From the NCBI GenBank assembly GCA_041608595.1, contig JBFISJ010000001.1, positions 1-48,953 on the forward strand: 48,953 nt of DNA. The letters run 5' to 3'. Below the pieces are notes generated by a model. That model did no database searches. It was not told the origin of the DNA and saw only the letters and a program-made list of their open reading frames with translations. Made by a program: the position numbers and the translations under genes. This stretch comes from Nitrospiraceae bacterium (GTDB lineage: Bacteria; Nitrospirota; Nitrospiria; Nitrospirales; Nitrospiraceae). Below are positions 45,323 through 48,953 of the stretch, in pieces (position 1 is the first letter of the stretch; every line of letters starts with the position of its first letter).

Positions 45323-46036
45323 TCAATGTGAGTGATGGTGGTGCTCGTGCGGATGATCGTGCGTGTGCGTGTGGCCCAAGGCCTCGGCGGCTGGCGGGGT
45401 GAGCTGCCCGGGGAGGACGATGCGGCCGGCGTCCTGTTGCTGGGCGAGCTGGTCGGCAATGGCTGGGTGGTGGGTCCGGATATACCCGATCAGGCCGCTG
45501 AGGAAGCGCTGCGAGTGGATGCCGCCGCCCGAGAATTCCGTCACGAACTTGAGCGCGCGGTCCAGCACGTTCGTCGCCATCTGGGAATCGAGCTTGTGGT
45601 GGGGCTCGGCCTTGGCGAAGGATTCATATTCCTTCTTGAGCTTCTCCGCAAAGACCGACTCGGGCGCCGGAGGGATGTGGAGGGGGCTGACGCCTCGGCG
45701 CAGCGATTGGATGGCCCCCAGCACGTCTCCGTCCACGCCGTCTCGCCGGGTCATGAAGTAGGAAAACGACACGACCTCGATCAGGTTGAACAACGCCGCA
45801 GCTTTTTCCCCTCCGGCCTCGAACAGCTCCCTGTAGAGCTCCCGCCGAGCCTGCCCGAACCGCTCGCCGATCCGCTTCTGCTGATATTCGGTGTTCGTAT
45901 CCAGGTAGACGCAGTCGCTCGGGCAGGAGATCCGGGTCATCCTGTGCTCACCGCAGCACTGGCTGCAGATCAGGCCGTCCAGCGCAGGACAGGGCCGCTT
46001 GCCTTTCCGCTCATGACAGTAGACGCACTTACTCAT
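45323..46036 (-). CDS. hypothetical protein with an N-terminal 8-Cys cluster and a C-terminal His-rich tail
   Basis: The N-terminus CVYCHERKGKRPCPALDGLICSQCCGEHRMTRISCPSDC carries 8 Cys in 41 residues. The C-terminus is GHTHTHDHPHEHHHHSH. Its ATG overlaps the stop of the upstream minus-strand gene (ATGAGTAA). No family recognised. Confidence 0.7.
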   Translation of the reverse strand: MSKCVYCHERKGKRPCPALDGLICSQCCGEHRMTRISCPSDCVYLDTNTEYQQKRIGERFGQARRELYRELFEAGGEKAAALFNLIEVVSFSYFMTRRDGVDGDVLGAIQSLRRGVSPLHIPPAPESVFAEKLKKEYESFAKAEPHHKLDSQMATNVLDRALKFVTEFSGGGIHSQRFLSGLIGYIRTHHPAIADQLAQQQDAGRIVLPGQLTPPAAEALGHTHTHDHPHEHHHHSH

Positions 46037-47144
46037 GACCGTCTTCGTTCTGGTCCTTTCGGCCCTTCATGAAGGGAAAACCGTAGTCCCTCAAGGTGCG
46101 GCGTTTCTTCTTGCGCTTGGCCTGCACCGGAGCCTCGAGCCCGTTGATCTCCGCGGCGTTGCCGTAGATGTAGGGGACGAGGATGAGATGGTTTATCTTG
46201 TCGACGCTGATGTCGGCCGGGGTTGGCAGGTACTCGGCGATGACTTTGAAGTTTTCGTCCGGCGTGACGCGCCAGACCTTGCCCGCCGTGAAGTCCGACA
46301 CGTACATGCTCCCCCACGTGTCGAAGTCCACGCCGTCGAGGTTTGTGAACCGCCAGGAGAAGAACGAGTTGGAAACCAGGACCTCGATCACGCCGTCCGG
46401 CGCGATATCGATGATGCTGCCCTGATTCCAGCTCACGGCGATCAGATGCCCGGTCCGTGGATGCACCGCCAGCCCCCTGGGGCCCGCGAGCCGATCGTCT
46501 CGCGCGAGGAGCGAGATCGCGTGACTGTGGTTGGCGATGTCGACGCGATAGATGGTATTCGTGTCCGTATCCGAGATGTAGAGCGTGCCGTGGCCGTCGT
46601 AGGCCACGTCGGTCAACCCTGTGGTTGCGACGCCGACGGGGTCGGCCGTGATGGAAATGGAGGCGAGGGGACGGCCGCTGTCGATGTCGAACCCCCGCAA
46701 CGTATCTATGTCGACCACGTAGAGAATGTTCCCGACGATCGCCATCCCTTTCGGCGCGTGGAGCTCGGTCTCGCCGCGGCCGCCGCGGATGAACTCCAAC
46801 TCGATGAGCTTCCCGTCCTTGTCGAGCTTCGTGATGAAGCCGTTATTGTCCTTTTCGGTGGGCTCGCCGTTGATATTGGAAATGAAGTAGGTCTCCCCAG
46901 ACGGCGTGGCGAGAAAGCTCTGCGGACCCTTGAGGTTCTTGATCTGAAGCGCGTGCGCGCCGGATACGCTCACGGCCGACGCGAGAAAGGTGGCTGCGGT
47001 GGTGGTCAGGATGGAACGAGCCACGGCTTGCCGCTGTGGCGCCCCGTCTACGGTCGCGCGCAGACTCGATGGTCGCATGAGGTTCCTCGCCGTCCCCTGC
47101 GCCGCGCGCGTCGTATCGAGTCTGCGTTGCGCAAGATCGTGCAT
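46029..47144 (-). CDS. secreted beta-propeller protein (NHL / SMP-30-gluconolactonase-LRE-like repeats)
   Basis: Signal-like segment ILTTTAATFLASAVSVSGAHA, then repeated blades (YFISN, LYVVD, LYISD, IYRVD, MYVSDFTAGKVWRV). The C-terminal tail is basic. Start is ATG 47144 or ATG 47078. Confidence 0.7.
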   Translation of the reverse strand: MHDLAQRRLDTTRAAQGTARNLMRPSSLRATVDGAPQRQAVARSILTTTAATFLASAVSVSGAHALQIKNLKGPQSFLATPSGETYFISNINGEPTEKDNNGFITKLDKDGKLIELEFIRGGRGETELHAPKGMAIVGNILYVVDIDTLRGFDIDSGRPLASISITADPVGVATTGLTDVAYDGHGTLYISDTDTNTIYRVDIANHSHAISLLARDDRLAGPRGLAVHPRTGHLIAVSWNQGSIIDIAPDGVIEVLVSNSFFSWRFTNLDGVDFDTWGSMYVSDFTAGKVWRVTPDENFKVIAEYLPTPADISVDKINHLILVPYIYGNAAEINGLEAPVQAKRKKKRRTLRDYGFPFMKGRKDQNEDGHE

Positions 47145-47254
47145 CCTAATGGACGCTTTGAAAGGCTGTCAAGGAAGTCTCCAATTGACTTGATCTCGAA
47201 GCCCTTGTTATCGTGTCGCAAAGTTATAAGATATCACCGCGCAAGGACGATACG

Positions 47255-48130
47255 ATGCCCGCACAGCTCATCGACGGCAAAGCTCTCGCCTTGAGGATTC
47301 GTGAACGGATCGCCAAGGATGTGGTCGATCTTCACGCGCGGTCCGGCATCCGGCCCGGCCTGGCCACGTTTCTCGTGGGCGAAGACCCCGCCTCGGCGGT
47401 CTACGTCAGGAACAAGCAGAAGGCCTGCGACGCGGCCGGCATCCTGATCGACGATCACAAGCTCCCGGCCAGCACCTCCCAGGGTGAGCTCCTCGCGCTG
47501 ATTCATAAGGCCAACGAGGACTCGAGAATCCACGGGATCCTCGTTCAGCTTCCGCTGCCCAAACAGATCGACAGCGCCGCGATTTTGCAGGCCGTCTCGT
47601 CCAAGAAGGACGCGGATGGATTCCATCCCTTCAACATGGGTCAGCTCGTCCAGGGTCAGCCGACTTTCGTGCCCTGCACGCCCCATGGCGTGATCAAGAT
47701 GATCGAATCCACCGGGGTGCCGATCGAGGGGAAGCGCGCGGTGATCGTCGGGCGGAGCAACATCGTCGGCAAGCCGGCCGCCTTGCTGCTCATGCATCGG
47801 AATGCGACGGTGACCGTGTGCCATTCCCGTACGCGCGACCTCGGGGAGGTCTGCCGGAGCGCCGAGATTCTGGTCGTGGCGATCGGCCGGCCCAAGTTCG
47901 TCACCGGGGACATGGTCGGGCCGGGCGCCGTCGTTATCGACGTCGGCGTCAATCGACTTCAGGACGGCACCCTCACGGGCGACGTCGACTTCGGTCCGGC
48001 GCGCGAGAAGGCGGCGTGGATTTCCCCCGTTCCCGGCGGTGTGGGTCCGATGACCATCGCCATGCTGCTCGACAACACCTTGGGGTCGGCCAAGCGTGTT
48101 GCCGCGGAGGGCGGATCGTCCCAAGCCTGA
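47255..48130 (+). CDS. folD: bifunctional methylenetetrahydrofolate dehydrogenase / methenyltetrahydrofolate cyclohydrolase
   Basis: LIDGKALA N-terminus, ILVQLPLP, PCTPHG, IVGRSNIVGKP and PVPGGVGPMTIAML motifs. ATG at 47255. Confidence 0.95.
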   Translation: MPAQLIDGKALALRIRERIAKDVVDLHARSGIRPGLATFLVGEDPASAVYVRNKQKACDAAGILIDDHKLPASTSQGELLALIHKANEDSRIHGILVQLPLPKQIDSAAILQAVSSKKDADGFHPFNMGQLVQGQPTFVPCTPHGVIKMIESTGVPIEGKRAVIVGRSNIVGKPAALLLMHRNATVTVCHSRTRDLGEVCRSAEILVVAIGRPKFVTGDMVGPGAVVIDVGVNRLQDGTLTGDVDFGPAREKAAWISPVPGGVGPMTIAMLLDNTLGSAKRVAAEGGSSQA

Positions 48131-48168
48131 CCGGGAGGGCATCAGCATCGAGCACGCAGGGAGTCGCG

Positions 48169-48953
48169 TTGAGTCACACAGGGTTGGGGCGCCTGGGAGA
48201 GGTGCTGGACAAGGGCCGGTTTGCCGTCACGGTCGAATTCAATCCGCCGAAGGGGACGCATGTTTCCCCCCTCCTGGATCATGCAAAGAGGCTGCTCGGG
48301 CGGGTCCACGGGGTGAACGTCACCGACAACACGGCGGCCGTCATGCGGGCAAGCTCGACCGCGATCTGCCGGTTGCTCTACGAGATGGGCCATGATCCCG
48401 TTCTCCAGGTCACCTGTCGGGATCGCAACCGTCTGGGCATCCAATCGGACTTGCTCGGCGCGCACGTCCTCGGCATTCGGAACGTGCTTTGCCTCACCGG
48501 AGACCACCCGAGCGTCGGGGATCACGGGGACGCCAAGCCGGTGTATGATCTGGACGCCGTGCAGATCATGCGGCTCATTAAGAGCATGAATCAGGGGCAC
48601 GACTTGGCTGGGCATGCCCTCGATGGCGCCACGGCCTTCCGGATCGGGGGGGCGGTGACGCCGGAGGCGGACCCGTCCGGTACCATGCTGGCCAGGTTCG
48701 AGACGAAGGTGAATGCGGGGGCGCAGTTTTTTCAGACGCAGGCCATCTACGACCCCGCGGGTTTCGCGACGTTCAGTCAGTCGATCAGAAAATACAAGGT
48801 GAAGGTGCTGGCGGGAATCCTCTTGCTGCGCAGCGCAAAGATGGCCGAGTATCTGAATGCCAATATCCCCGGTGTGTCCGTGCCGGGCGAGATGATCGCC
48901 GAGCTGAAAGCGGCTGGCGAGAAACGCGCGCTGGATGCCGGGGTCGACATCGC
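48169..48953 (+). CDS. metF: methylenetetrahydrofolate reductase, 3' end outside the window
   Basis: The frame stays open to the window edge, so it is absent from the ORF track. It reads FAVTVEFNPPKG, VNVTDNTAAVMRASS, QVTCRDRNRLGIQSDLLGA, LCLTGDHP and AQFFQTQAIYD. The TTG at 48169 lies 5 nt after AGGGAG; the start is uncertain. Confidence 0.8.
   Translation, partial: MSHTGLGRLGEVLDKGRFAVTVEFNPPKGTHVSPLLDHAKRLLGRVHGVNVTDNTAAVMRASSTAICRLLYEMGHDPVLQVTCRDRNRLGIQSDLLGAHVLGIRNVLCLTGDHPSVGDHGDAKPVYDLDAVQIMRLIKSMNQGHDLAGHALDGATAFRIGGAVTPEADPSGTMLARFETKVNAGAQFFQTQAIYDPAGFATFSQSIRKYKVKVLAGILLLRSAKMAEYLNANIPGVSVPGEMIAELKAAGEKRALDAGVDI

Noticed and set aside
1-48953. Search for a defence island, prophage, integron, toxin-antitoxin pair, secondary-metabolite cluster or other accessory system.
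   Set aside because: Every sizeable ORF except three (24624..24941, 45323..46036, 46029..47144) maps to a core housekeeping family in conserved synteny. There are no integrase, transposase, nuclease-helicase or reverse-transcriptase genes and no compositional island beyond the short intergenic palindromes.

Overview
High-GC bacterial chromosome (roughly 60-65% GC by eye), almost entirely core housekeeping genes and almost all on the + strand. Order of content: (1) the 3' part of asnS. (2) A complete division/cell-wall (dcw) cluster, rsmH-ftsL-ftsI-murE-murF-mraY-murD-ftsW-murG-murC-murB-ddl-ftsQ-ftsA-ftsZ, with no mraZ. (3) A post-ftsZ module, pgeF-yggS-proC-yggT-divIVA. (4) A beta-lactamase-fold hydrolase, a small minus-strand orphan gene and pgsA. 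(5) A type IV pilus fragment, pilC plus a PilS/PilR-like two-component pair. (6) ispE-prs-rplY-pth, then rpsF-ssb-rpsR, then yceD-rpmF. (7) A fatty-acid/phospholipid cluster, plsX-fabH-fabL(like)-fabD-fabG-acpP-fabF. (8) rnc, a cyclophilin PPIase and trmB. (9) A minus-strand pair: a secreted beta-propeller protein and a Cys/His-rich protein. (10) folD and the 5' part of metF. I found no rRNA, tRNA, CRISPR array, intact IS/transposase, phage gene or recognisable defence or toxin system. I do not see a convincing novel multi-gene system; this looks like an ordinary core region. The points worth a second look are small-scale. Several long intergenic palindromes are present, including one family with two copies inside the dcw operon and two elements bounded by CTAG. 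ispE has its conserved N-terminus encoded upstream of any canonical start codon. SSB lacks the canonical C-terminal tip. The pilC-pilS-pilR block has no ATPase or pilin gene in this window. A 390-bp gap has coding-like codon periodicity but no good ORF. An uncharacterised Cys8/His-tail protein is translationally coupled to a secreted propeller. Many long ORFs in the track that lie antisense or out of frame to these genes are high-GC artefacts. Start codons were chosen by conserved N-termini and Shine-Dalgarno (SD) placement and are less certain than stops.
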